Assembly: GCF_006345805.1 (NCBI RefSeq)
Contig: NC_043002.1
Coordinates: forward strand, 14,446,001-14,510,000
Direction: 5' to 3'
Source: Octopus sinensis
Lineage: Eukaryota
Length of the DNA: 64,000 nucleotides
Under the pieces are notes generated by a model. The model did not search any database. It saw only the letters and a program-made list of their open reading frames with translations, and was not told the origin of the DNA. Positions within the stretch are counted from its first letter, which is position 1; each line of letters opens with the position of its first letter. A program made the position numbers and the translations under genes. This document shows, piece by piece, positions 49,791 to 62,529 of the stretch.

Positions 49791-50176
49791 TCTGTGTCCT
49801 CCAGGCATATTTTCCAGTTTTGGTAAATTCTTGCATCATAATACTAAATAATATTAATTAAGAGATGTAATCACAACTTCGTATCATTGCCGATGTGAAG
49901 GATTATCGGTGAGCCTCACTGCTGATCCAATCTTAAGCTGTAGTCATAAACCTTTTCTCAAAACACCGATTTCCTTCGAAAAACTTCAGGTGTTTTTCTA
50001 ACTCCATACCCAGTAAAACTACATATATGGAATTTTCGGAGTCGTATACGTTAAAGCAAATGATTTGAAATAATACTGAAGTAATTATATCTTAGTGGAG
50101 GCGCGTGGCTTAGTCGAAATAAAAATATTTTTCAAAACGTTAAAACACAAATTTGCAATTGTTAAATTCATTAATG

Positions 50177-50425
50177 TGGAGGCACGTGGCCTAGTGGTTA
50201 GGGCGTCAGCATCCTGATCGTAAGATTGTGGTTTTGATTCCTGGACCGGGCGACGTGTTGTGTCCTGGAGCAAAACACTTCATTTCAGGTTGCTCCAGTC
50301 CACTCAGCTGGCAAAAACGAGTTACGCTGCGATGGACTGGCGTCCCGTCGAGCTGGGGAGCACATGCGCAATAGAAACTGGGAAACCGGGCCCATAACCC
50401 TGGTTAGACTTTAAGAGGGCGCAAA
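50177..50425 (+). mobile_element. tRNA-derived SINE (third family)
   Basis: TGGCCTAGTGG A-box, GGTTTTGATTCC B-box, GCGATGGACTGGCGTCCCGTC domain; a head fragment also at about 50096-50115. Confidence 0.8.
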
Positions 50426-51468
50426 ATGAAAAAAATGAAATTATATCTTTAGCATGCCTTTCTTGCTACAAAATATCATTGTTATATGTTAAGTTCACTT
50501 TTAGTTTACTTCTAGAAGTATCAAATTTGTGTCACAACCTTTTGATCCAATTACTGGCAGAGTACTACCTGAACGTTTATCAGTGATTAGTCCTTAAAGG
50601 TAACATTCTGAATCTTAGATATATAAGTTACTTTATTGACTTATAAGCAAGTAACGCGTGTAAGATCAGTTATGAAGTTAATATCCTTCATTAATTATGC
50701 AGTTAACAGACAATTTACATTTTAAGTTTCTGTTGCCAATTATATTTTAACATACATAATTTAAATAATCGGTGTATATTATTGTTTTCTATTGTAGACG
50801 ATTGCGTCTAATATATTCATAGAAAAGATTCTGTATATCATTACATAAAACTAACTTTGCTGATGACGTAGTAAAGAGAAAAATTAGAAATAAAATTCGT
50901 TTCTAGGAATATGAAAACTGTGCATATCATACACAATCAAGATTTCTAAACTAAATGTGTGGAAAGAAATTGTTGGTTTCACATCTATATTCGCAAACAA
51001 GTTTATCCACACAGCATATACATACACACATGTACACAGAAACATACACACACACGCCCGCACTCAGACACACATTCACTTACATATATGTATATATCTA
51101 TCTATCGCTCTATCTCTCTCACTCTCTCTCTCAAAGCAGAAATCAATACGTAGGTTGTAAAATTGCGAATTAGCCACCTATATTGTTTATAATGTTCACT
51201 TTTACCGTTTATGAAATCAGCGGGAATATTATAAACTGACAGAGCGAGCTGAGTTTAACCCTAGGCGCCGTGAGAGCCACTGTTGAGTATTAAGTTGCGT
51301 AAGTATCAGAATGACAAATCATTGGTGATTTTGGTTATATATGCTACTGTAAGGAGATTACCTCCTTTGTCAATCATTAACATACTACCTTCTGTTGGTA
51401 TTGAGTTGCCTTGACTCTTATTTTTAGCAATACTGGTGCTGACTTTTGGCCTCTATTCCTTTAGTGAC

Positions 51469-51529
<61 letters not shown>

Positions 51530-51530
<1 letters not shown>

Positions 51531-52140
51531 AATGAAAAGGTACAGATTAAGAACAGGACATCACCAACGAGTGAAAAATACGTAAACACGCAATCAGAAA
51601 TAAATACGGGAGAAAATACCAAAAGAAGTCTAACCCCTCCTCAGTTGTCGACTGTGATATTAATCCCTGTTTCGTGCTTTTAACGACAAAACGGGATTTC
51701 ATTAGACAGCGGCATCCAGAAATTTTAAAAATATAGAATTTGTGCCAAACGAACAAACGACAACAGAGTGGAAATACGGAAGAAAGCAATAGGCAAGGAC
51801 ATACATTAAAGGTCTTCAGGTCAAGACGAATTGTAATCTGTAACGCCTGGGAGAAATTTTGAAAGTACATTGATTAGACAGTAGAACTGACAGAATAGCG
51901 AGAGGCGAATGAAATGACATTCGGTTGGCTGGCCGTCAAATCCAGAACAGACATAAACAAAGAGAGTGGGGAGAAGGGAAGAGTAAAGGGAGATCGTAGA
52001 GAGTGAAAGAAAGACAGAGACGGGACAGCGAAGATGGATGGCAGGAAAAGAAATATAGAGGATGATTGAAGTATAGAGAGGGAGAAGGAAAATAGGCCGG
52101 GGACAGAGTGTTGAGTCGCAGAGATTATATATAAATGTAA
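51530..52140. mobile_element. Diverged pseudo-LTR-like unit related to the 9.1-9.8 kb unit
   Basis: Same order: CAGGAC(A)CCA arm end, antisense permuted HHR, spacer, GA-rich tract, TATATAAA. Confidence 0.55.
51632..51696 (-). ncRNA. Candidate non-circularly permuted hammerhead ribozyme
   Basis: Minus strand: TCCCGT-T-TTGTCG-TTAAAA-GCAC-GAAA-CAGGG...CGACAA-CTGAGGA-GGGGT. Confidence 0.55.
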
Positions 52141-52368
52141 AAATTGACTGTGTTTACACACACATATATATAGTACCAATATTTGAAAAATTATATATAA
52201 GTCATGTTGGTGTTTTATGGTTTTTATAATTATTTATCACTATATAATATATGTCATGTTATATATTATATGCCTAGTATTTAATGATTTAATGTAATAT
52301 TGTGGGATTATGAATTGAATATCTCTATATTTAATTTATCTTTATATATATAAATATGCATGCATACA

Positions 52369-52414
<46 letters not shown>

Positions 52415-52435
52415 TATATATATATATATATATAT

Positions 52436-52975
52436 TATAGCAGTGACACCCGGCGTTGCACGGGAATGAAATTGTGCCTTACAAATTCGAAGAAAACTGC
52501 AAAATATGTTGTGTAGAAATTTGTTATTCTAAATTCAATTTATTCTTTAATTGAGAAATTCAATTCTAAATTCATAGAACAATGATAACGATAATCATAA
52601 TGATGATGATGGTGATGAAGATGATGATGATGATAATGATGAGATGATGATGATAATGTTAATAATAATAATAATAATGATAATAATAATAATAATAATA
52701 ATAAAAATAGTCAAAAAGCAGAGTGCATGTAGGTTTGACTATCTTTGCTAATCTTAGCTATTTCATTTGCTATTTCCTTTAATCGTGATTCACTGTAACC
52801 GCGTTTGACATAATGACATAAAAAAGCATTTGCATGTTTCCAGTAATCCAGTAACTTAAAAACTGATGATGTCATTCCATCAACGTGTGGACGATGGTTG
52901 CTCTCGTTCGTACATTACGTTTGAATTTCTGTAATTTTGAATTTTTGTCACTTCTTATATTGAATTTGACAAAGA
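52436..52975 (+). mobile_element. Possible non-autonomous Helitron/Helentron with internal microsatellite
   Basis: TAGCAGTGACACCCGGCGTTGCACGGG terminal hairpin typical of such elements; the other end is uncertain. Confidence 0.4.
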
Positions 52976-53006
52976 TAGACGTACTGTCGAAATATCGTTC
53001 AACTAA

Positions 53007-53322
53007 GGCGTAGGAGTGGCTGTGTGGTAAGTAGCTTGCTTACGAACCGCATGGTTCCGGGTTCAGTCCCAATGCGTGGCACCTTGGGCAAGGGTCTTCT
53101 ACTATAGCCTCGGGCCGACTAAAGACTTGTAAATGGATTTGGTATATATAGATATATGTGTGTGTATATGTTTGTGCGTCTGTGTTTGTCCTCCCAGCAT
53201 CGCTTGACAACAGATGCTGGTGTGTTTACGTCCCCGTAACTAAGCGGTTCGGCAAAAGAGACCGAAAGAACAAGTACAAGGAATACAAAGAATAAGTACT
53301 GGGGCCGATTTGCTCGACTAAA
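53007..53322 (+). mobile_element. SINE family A with internal deletions
   Basis: Head and body match the consensus. Confidence 0.85.
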
Positions 53323-53454
53323 CATGGGAGGCAAAAATTTGCAAGTGTTGGGCTATCGATTACTAAAAACAAACCGTCAAGTTAGTGATTTAATTTCAGA
53401 AGACATAGCAAGAGAGACAATTTATGACATAGTTGCATTTTGTGTGTGCATGTA

Positions 53455-53463
53455 AGTGAGAGT

Positions 53464-53537
<74 letters not shown>
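53455..53537. repeat. (GA)n microsatellite
   Basis: Read directly. Confidence 0.95.
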
Positions 53538-53541
<4 letters not shown>

Positions 53542-54982
53542 GAGTGTCACTTAGACAACATTCTCTCTTTCTCTGTCACATACACACACATACATACAAG
53601 AAAGATGTATACATATGTATTTTTGTATAAATATAATTAAGGGTAGAAATAGCAGCCAAAGACAGCTAATTCTTTTCACTACAGATATGACCCCACAGAT
53701 AACAATATTTGTAACTCACATAGGCAAAAAGAAGAAAACATAGCGAAATTAAACAGTTTTCGATTGATTATGGACACTTTTCTGGATTAGAATTACCAAA
53801 ATTCATTTCCGTCATCAACATAATATTTCTAGAAGTATAAATTTGTAAATGTATTTGTGTATGTACGTATACAAGACAACACACCACTTAACTGACTCTC
53901 TCTCACAAACACACTCATACGTAAATGTTTACACATGTACATACAAAAACACGCGTGTGCGTGTGTGACTGGTTTGTGTGAGAGAGAGAGAGAAAGTGAG
54001 AGAAAGAAAGAAAGAGGGGAGAGAGAACATCGCAAACAATGAAGGAAATAAAGAAATAACATGAAAAAGAATCGTATAAATAAAAGCACGTTAAAAACTA
54101 TCTTGTACTGAATATTTAAATTTGTGAACTTGGTAAATATTTCTTTCAGTAATTTACCATAGTTGTTTGCACATAACGAATTTAAAAAAAAATTGAAATG
54201 AAAACATTAAAATAGGGAGTGACAGATTTTCTAAATGAAAAGGAAAATTTCACCGTTTCTTCGTTAATAACGGATGTTGACATTGAGAAACTATTTTAAA
54301 AAAGTGAATCATATTTAGAAAACAATATTATTCGTATTTAATAAAAATGTAACCTGAAGACCCTATTATGTGTCCGAGGTCAAATTATTCATGCATTCCG
54401 AGTATGGAAGGAATTTGCGCAGCCGCTTTCACGTGAAAAGCGAATACACACACACGCACACGTCTGTTTTATATAAGATGATACAAATGCATACCTTTCG
54501 AGAGAGAGAGAGGGGGGAGAGAGAGACAGACAGACAAAAAGAGAGGGAAAGAGAGATGACGATAAACTAAAAGACAGATAGAAGTTTGCGCACAACATTG
54601 ATGGCGGAAAATACCGCTGCTTATGTGTTCAGTTTTAAAACAAGCCACTAAATGAGAACAAGAATTTTAATACAATTCCACACTACATATTTAGTGACTA
54701 GTATAGATATAGATATAGGTACATGATGGTCTCTGATAAAAATAACAATTAGGGAACTGAGAAAATTATTGAATAGCTATATAATTAGTGTTTAAAGTAA
54801 ATACTTAATGTGCGCTCTTTATAGCAGAACTCATAGTGTTCAGAATACAAATACAATACAAAGGTTGGGGTCAGGACTTACCTAGCAATCATCATAAAAC
54901 ATTTTATTGATCAATAGTGGAAGTTATTAATTGTCGAACATACAAATATACTGATGTGTGAGTATAGCAATTTGTTCATTAA

Positions 54983-55079
<97 letters not shown>

Positions 55080-55289
55080 GTGTGTGTGTGTGTGTGTGTG
55101 AGTGTGTGTGTATACGAGATTCTTTTTTTATTAATCAGCTAATTATCGGTTATTAATATAATTGATTATGTGAAAGGTTGCCTTGGATTCCATGTTAAAT
55201 GGAAATTTTTTTGCAATAATGCCAGTGCTGAAACGAATTAGGGAGGTAATCTTTGTGGTTTATCTGTAGTGGTTTCAATGGTTACGTAT

Positions 55290-55535
55290 TGGAATGGATA
55301 AAATATTATGTGACCATGGTGTGGATACCAACAAAATAAAGAAAAATCAAGAATATCAAGATGTTGCTCAGGCTATGAAGGGATTGTGGGAGACAAAGGT
55401 GACAGTTGTTTCTGTGGTAACTGGTGCAGATTCCTCAAGCACCCAAACTGTCAGGAAGGAAGTTGAAGGATACTGAAATTGAGACTAGCATTTCCTAGGG
55501 AAACTAAGAGAAATTCTTGAAATTAGAGAATAATT
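55290..55535 (+). pseudogene. R4/Dong-clade C-terminal (restriction-like endonuclease region) remnant
   Basis: EYQDVAQAMKGLWETKVTVVSVVTGA...LGKLREILEI resembles KYQDLxxExxxLWxxKVxVIPIVIGALG...LRKVLEI. Confidence 0.65.
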
Positions 55536-55641
55536 GTTGAGATTAAAACCCAAGATAATATCAATACTAATTAGATTAGCATTTAATCACTTTATAACGG
55601 CCATCAACTACCACTAGCACCAGCAGCACTAGCAGCAAGTT

Positions 55642-56010
55642 GAGGCGCAATGGCCCAATGGTTAGGGCAGCGCTTTCGCGGTCGGAGGATCGCGGTTTCG
55701 ATTCCCAGACCGGGCGTTGTGTGTGTTTATTGAGCGAAAACACCTAAAGCTCCACGAGTCTCTGGCAGGGAGTGGTGGCGACCCCTGTTGTACTATTTCG
55801 CTCCAGCTTTCTCTCACTCTTTCTTCCTGTTTCTTGTCCCCGACTTCCTACGGAACCGCTGAGCCTGGATCCGTATTCATCCAACCGTCGATGCCCGCGA
55901 TGTTGGGGGTTGATCTGCTTTCTCTTCTGCAGGTCTTACGAATAGCAAAGGACCACGTTTCGGACTTCTTCCACTAATGTGACGAAGACCACTTCGCTCA
56001 ACAAAGAAAC
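55642..56010 (+). mobile_element. tRNA-derived SINE (fourth family)
   Basis: TGGCCCAATGG A-box, GGTTTCGATTCC B-box, central domain shared with 4655-4695. Confidence 0.8.
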
Positions 56011-56159
56011 AAAGCAGCAGCAGCAGCACCACCACCACCACCACCACCACCAATACTATCAGAACCTTCAAGCACAACTATTTCAACAAGGGTAATAACA
56101 ATATAACGATTATAGATAAGGAAAAGTGAAGTTGCTTACTTATCTTCTTATCATTTGAT

Positions 56160-56515
56160 CCCAGGATTTTAACGAAAGAGGAGGAAAAACAAAACGAAAC
56201 CCCCAAAATACAATCACTTGCAATTTGGAGTTGGAAGAATTTGGAGCATGCGAACTGTAAAGGTTGTGACAATAATAATTAGTGCGTTGAGAACAGTAAG
56301 CAAAAAATATAGACAAATGGCTGAAGGAGATTGGAATAGAATGTCCGGGAGAGTTCCTGCAGAAAGTTTGTCTCTTGGGGACAGCAAATATTTTCTGGAG
56401 GGTTCTAAGCACTTGGAGGACTGCTGAAAATTTGTGGATACCTAAGGCAACTGTTAGTAACCCGCTATCCACATAATTCCTATCACGAAGAAGTACGAAC
56501 CTAGGCCAAACGAAA
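56160..56515 (+). mobile_element. R4/Dong-clade 3' end (duplicated at 57637-57990)
   Basis: GRIWSMRTVKVVTIIISAL...IDKWLKEIGIECPGEFLQKVCLLGTANIF; short 3' UTR runs into (GAT)/(AAT)n. Confidence 0.75.
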
Positions 56516-56904
56516 ATGATGATGACGACGACGACGACAACAACAATAATAATAATAATGATAATAATAATAATAATGATGATGATGATGATGATAATAA
56601 TAATGATAATGATAGTAATAATGATAATGATAATAATAACAATAATGATAATAATAATAATAATAATCATGATGATGATGATAATAATAATGATAATGGT
56701 AGTAATAATAATAATAATAACAACAACAACAACAACAACAACAATGATAATAATAATAATAATAATTTTGTCTGACGTTCAACTATTCTGATACCACGCT
56801 GCATTAACGATAAAACAGAAGTAGTAGTAGTAGTAGTAGTAGTAGCAGCAGCAGCAGTACTAGTATTAGTACACGATAAACAAGACAAAAATAATGATAA
56901 TGGT

Positions 56905-57272
56905 TTCTACTATAGGCATAAGGCCTGAAATTTGGTGGGAGAGGAACAGACGATTAGATCGTTCTCAGTGCGTAACTGGTACTTAATTTATCGACCCCGA
57001 AAGGATGAATGGCAAAGTCGATCTCGACGGAATTTGAACTCAGAAGGTAAAGACAAAGGAAATACCTATTTCTTTACTACCCACAAGGGGCTAAACTCAG
57101 AGAGGCCAAACATGGATAGACAAAGGGATTAAGTCGATTATATCGACCCCAGTGCGTAACTGGTACGTATTTAATCGACCCCGAAAGGTAAAAGGCAAAG
57201 TCGACCTCGGCGGAACTTGAACTCAGAACGTATCGGCAGACGAAATACAGCTAAGTATTTCACCCGGCGATA
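56905..57272 (-). mobile_element. SINE family B dimer (duplicated at 58385-58750)
   Basis: Junction GAAATACCTATTTCTT at about 57059. Confidence 0.88.
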
Positions 57273-58767
57273 ATCATAGTGGTATTGGTACTACTACTAC
57301 TACTACTACTACTACTATACTACTACTACTACTACTACTACTATACTACTACTACTGTTGCTGCTACTGTTTCTGCTACTGCAACTTCCACCATCACCAC
57401 GACCACCACTACCACTATTAATACTACTACTACTGCTGCTGCTGCAGCCGCCGCCACCACCGTCTCACCACCACCACTACTACTACTACTAGCACTACCA
57501 CTACACCACCACCACCACCACCACCACCAATACTATCAGAACCTTCAAGCACAACTATTTCAACAAGGGTAATAACAATATAACGATTATAGATAAGGAA
57601 AAGTGAAGTTGCTTACTTATCTTCTTATCATTTGATCCCAGGATTTTAACGAAAGAGGAGGAAAAACAAAACGAAACCCCCAAAATACAATCACTTGCAA
57701 TTTGGAGTTGGAAGAATTTGGAGCATGCGAACTGTAAAGGTTGTGACAATAATAATTAGTGCGTTGAGAACAGTAAGCAAAAAATATAGACAAATGGCTG
57801 AAGGAGATTGGAATAGAATGTCCGGGAGAGTTCCTGCAGAAAGTTTGTCTCTTGGGGACAGCAAATATTTTCTGGAGGGTTCTAAGCACTTGGAGGACTG
57901 CTGAAAATTTGTGGATACCTAAGGCAACTGTTAGTAACCCGCTATCCACATAATTCCTATCACGAAGAAGTACGAACCTAGGCAAACGAAAATGATGATG
58001 ACGACGACGACGACAACAACAACAATAATAATAATAATGATAATAATAATAATAATGATGATGATGATGATGATAATAATAATGATAATGATAGTAATAA
58101 TGATAATGATAATAATAATAATAATGATAATAATAATAATAATAATCATGATGATGATGATAATAATAATGATAATGGTAGTAATAATAATAATAATAAC
58201 AACAACAACAACAACAACAATGATAATAATAATAATAATAATTTTGTCTGACGTTCAACTATTCTGATACCACGCTGCATTAACGATAAAACAGAAGTAG
58301 TAGTAGTAGTAGTAGTAGTAGCAGCAGCAGCAGCAGTACTAGTATTAGTACACGATAAACAAGACAAAAATAATGATAATGGTTTCTACTATAGGCATAA
58401 GGCCTGAAATTTGGTGGGAGAGGAACAGACGATTAGATCGTTCTCAGTGCGTAACTGGTACTTAATTTATCGACCCCGAAAGGATGAATGGCAAAGTCGA
58501 TCTCGACGGAATTTGAACTCAGAAGGTAAAGACAAAGGAAATACCTATTTCTTTACTACCCACAAGGGGCTAAACTCAGAGAGGCCAAACATGGATAGAC
58601 AAAGGGATTAAGTCGATTATATCGACCCCAGTGCGTAACTGGTACGTATTTAATCGACCCCGAAAGGTAAAAGGCAAAGTCGACCTCGGCGGAACTTGAA
58701 CTCAGAACGTATCGGCAGACGAAATACAGCTAAGTATTTCACCCGGCGATAATCATAGTGGTATTGG

Positions 58768-58828
<61 letters not shown>

Positions 58829-58980
58829 GTTGCTGCTACTGTTTCTGCTACTGCAACTTCCACCATCACCACGACCACCACTACCACTATTAATACTACT
58901 ACTACTGCTGCTGCTGCAGCCGCCGCCACCACCGTCTCACCACCACCACTACTACTACTACTAGCACTACCACTACCACC

Positions 58981-59017
<37 letters not shown>

Positions 59018-60878
59018 GACTTAAATCACTCAGGCCAAACATTGATTTCGGAGACAGGTGAATTAGAAGAGCTGCGTATTTTTAGTTTTTTTTATTGAAC
59101 AATTCTGAGAGGTGTGTGGAATAAATGGCAAGTGGGTGTGACTACTTTCGAACTAATTTTAATGAACGTGACGTCTGCGATGAAAACAGAAAATTCTACC
59201 AAACTTACTTGGTGTGGGGAGTGATACTTGGTCGACCGGCGTGAAGAAAGCAATACCTTCAAAGGACGTACGTCCTCATGAGTATCACCAGCCATACAGC
59301 GGTGTAAATTTGACGTTAGTTATGAACTCTCAGAGCCTTGGTTGGCTTGCCAACCAAGTGATGGTGTTAAAATAAAAATACTGGAATGTGAGCAATCTTA
59401 TAAATGCTACTGCAAGATATGTGAAAAAGTCGAATTGAAATTGGCATGGTAACTACTTTAACGGGGCCAGAAGTGTCAATAGTGTAGATATCGCCCACAG
59501 CATATATAACATGTCAAATGAAACTCTAATAGCTTGTCATGAAGCCATAGATCAACGATGAAGTCAAAGAGCAGTAGAAGAAAATTGAACTGAAAAAGCA
59601 GTAAGTAAGTTTGTTATTGAACGTTGACTGAGAAGAAATGATTGAAAACGATATGGCATGAAAAAGGTGTATTTGAAGCCACCTTCAATGGATCGATAAG
59701 CCAAGCAAGGGTTATATGTATGAACGATTGGGTTTTCAGGATTACAGGTTTAAGAAACATAGGGACGAATAGAAAATGAGCCAGAAGGGCGTGAGCAGCA
59801 GCAGCAGGATAAATGGTAGTGAAGGAGTAAGAAATGAAGAAAAGCACTATGTACTGATGCCTTAACATGCTAATGAAGTACACAGTGAAGAATATGAATG
59901 AAGCTTAATGGCTGTCGTTCATAGCACACACACACACACACACACACAGGTATCAGTTAGAAGTGCTTAATACCTCTAAGGGTTAATTAAATCCAAAGTC
60001 GCTCCTGGTTCTTACCTGGGTAGGTACAGTCTTTTGTAAGATTGTACGGTAGCAGGTGGTTCGGTTGGTAAATCGTAGTTTAGATTATATAGGAGAAGAA
60101 AATGGATGTAATAACAAGAGGAAACTCGTGATTTTCGCTGGTATGCCTTTAATTTAATTAGATAACAAAGAAGGAGGAAGCAGAGACGAAGCTAGCATTT
60201 ACGATTGTTTCGATTAATTGGTTTAAAGAAATCTCTTCAGAAAGCGAATATAGATAGATGCATTGGTAAAGATGCGAAAATAAGTGATGCATATCTGAGA
60301 GTAATATAAACAAAAGAAGGGAGTATTACATTAAATTTTGTTCTTGCGCTGGTAAGTTCGCTGGGTAAAAGTTTCATTGTGGTAGACTGGTTAGTTTCCT
60401 TAGGCAATTAGGGCAGGGTGAGTATTATTTAGGTGTGGGATTCCTAATTTGATTAAGCACATTTTTTCGTACGTGTGTATTCAATTTGGTTATATTCTGC
60501 AGTGCAGAATATATAAATTCAATTAAGCGTGTTTCTCATGAATCCGTAGTTGATATTCTATACAATTTCTTAAACTAAGTTAGAGGTAAAACGTATTTAC
60601 TGTTTATCGTAGTTGTAGTTTTACTAATTTTAGCTCCTATATACAATTTTTTTTATCACTTGGATTTGACAACGTTTAAGTTTACATAGTTGCATTCACC
60701 ATAACTATTGCGCACAAATATGGATGACGTGACACTGTAATGTAAATAATTAAGTTTTGATACGTATTTTTGTTGGGTTCCATATTTTAACAAACTCACA
60801 CACAATTACACGATGAATGTTGCCGCGCTCTCTCTCTCTTCCTTTCTCTCTCTCTCGCTATATATATATATATATATT

Positions 60879-60946
<68 letters not shown>

Positions 60947-61631
60947 ACACGTAGTTCACCACAACTGCAACACTACCAACATTATCAACTATTATGTATT
61001 ACAAACGCATGCGCACAACTATATCATACATGTTTGCTTATGTGTATATATACACTCCTAACGATGTGTTTATTTTTAATACATACATTACCGAAACGCA
61101 CACATCTGAGTCTGTCAAAGGTCGACCAACACGTTGGAATTTATCACCTTTCTGGAAATTCTCCCCTGATGAGATACCCAAATAAACAGTTTCAGTATGA
61201 AAATTTTAAATCAATTTCATTTAATTCAATTTCTCTAATTGAAGTAACTGGACATAGAAACGGCTGTAGTGATAAGAATTTCATATTAAATTGATTTGAA
61301 TATCTTTGAATAAACTGATGTCTATTTATCAATTTCTCCATCGCATTTTTCTCATTCATAAATATTTTAAATACCAATATACAGAAATGCAAAAGTAAAG
61401 AAATTTAGTTTTTCCCTGAACACTAGTATAAACCGGAGAACTAGGATACAAACATCCCTTAAAGAATTATAGGTCCTTGGCATGATTAATTATACACACA
61501 GACACACAGACACACACACCTATGTATGTATATATATATAGAAATTCAGGGTGAGTACTTGATAATTGTAAGCACCTGTATATACCGTTTGGTGGTGTAG
61601 GTGGTGGAGTAAATTAATCAAAATAAAAACA

Positions 61632-61663
<32 letters not shown>

Positions 61664-61664
61664 A

Positions 61665-62075
61665 GGCGTAAGTAGCTTGCTAACCAACCACATGGTTCCG
61701 GGTTCAGTCCCACTGCGTGGCATCTTGGGCAAGTGTGTTCTGCTATAGCCCCGGGCTGAACAATGCCTTGTGAATGGATTTGATAGACGGAAACTGAAAG
61801 AAGCCTGTCGTATATATGTATATATATATATATATATATATGCGTGTGTATGTGTTTGTGTGTCTGTGTTTGTTCCCCTAGCATTGCTTGACAACCGATG
61901 CTGGTCTGTTTACGTCCCCGTCACCTAGCGGTTCGGCAAAAAGGGACCGATAGAATAAGTACTGGGCTTACAAAGAATAAGTCCCGGGGTCGATTTGCTC
62001 GACTAAAGGCGGTGCTCTAGCGTGGCCGCAGTCAAATGACTGAAACAAGTAAAAGAGTAAAAGAGTAAAAGCTAT
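61665..62075 (+). mobile_element. SINE family A (small head deletion)
   Basis: Matches the consensus; (GTAAAAGA)n tail. Confidence 0.9.
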
Positions 62076-62123
62076 TTTGGCAAGCCAATATGTAAATATA
62101 TATCTGTAAATGTAATATATGAC

Positions 62124-62364
62124 AATTATTCGGTAGCCATGATAAAGTTCCCAGTTTCGGATGTTGGGGTAGAAAACCACACCGCCTTCTCTTCAGTTAT
62201 CCGGCTATCGGAAAAAATGCTATGAAAATGACTGTTAAACAAAGGGAAATTAACGGTAATTTCCATACCATTTTTTCCGATGGCCGGATACATGAAGAGA
62301 CAGCGTTGTGGATTTCCACCCCGATATCCGAAGCTTGGAGTTTTATCATGGCTACTGAATAATT
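62124..62364. mobile_element. About 240-bp imperfect palindrome (hairpin MITE-like)
   Basis: AATTATTCGGTAGCCATGATAAA... pairs with ...TTTATCATGGCTACTGAATAATT; arms about 110 bp, roughly 80% complementary. Confidence 0.8.
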
Positions 62365-62487
62365 CTCCCATATTACGTTTACAGATAAATTCCTCTATTT
62401 TGCATAATATCGAGGTCTCTTTCATTCTTTTGTTGTGTTACCGTTTCTAACAATACATGTATACATATATATACATGCATACGCGCG

Positions 62488-62529
<42 letters not shown>

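Larger units (their letters stand above)
56030..58990. repeat. 1477-bp tandem duplication (two copies)
   Basis: Anchor TACTATCAGAACC at 56054 and 57531; track ORFs are duplicated with a 1477 offset. Confidence 0.95.

Noticed and set aside
50177-50260. tRNA gene candidates at SINE heads (also 3431 and 55642)
   Set aside because: A/B boxes are present but there is no complete cloverleaf, and each continues into a SINE body.
59040-59900. Purine-rich region with short open frames
   Set aside because: No RT, endonuclease or transposase motif recognised by eye.
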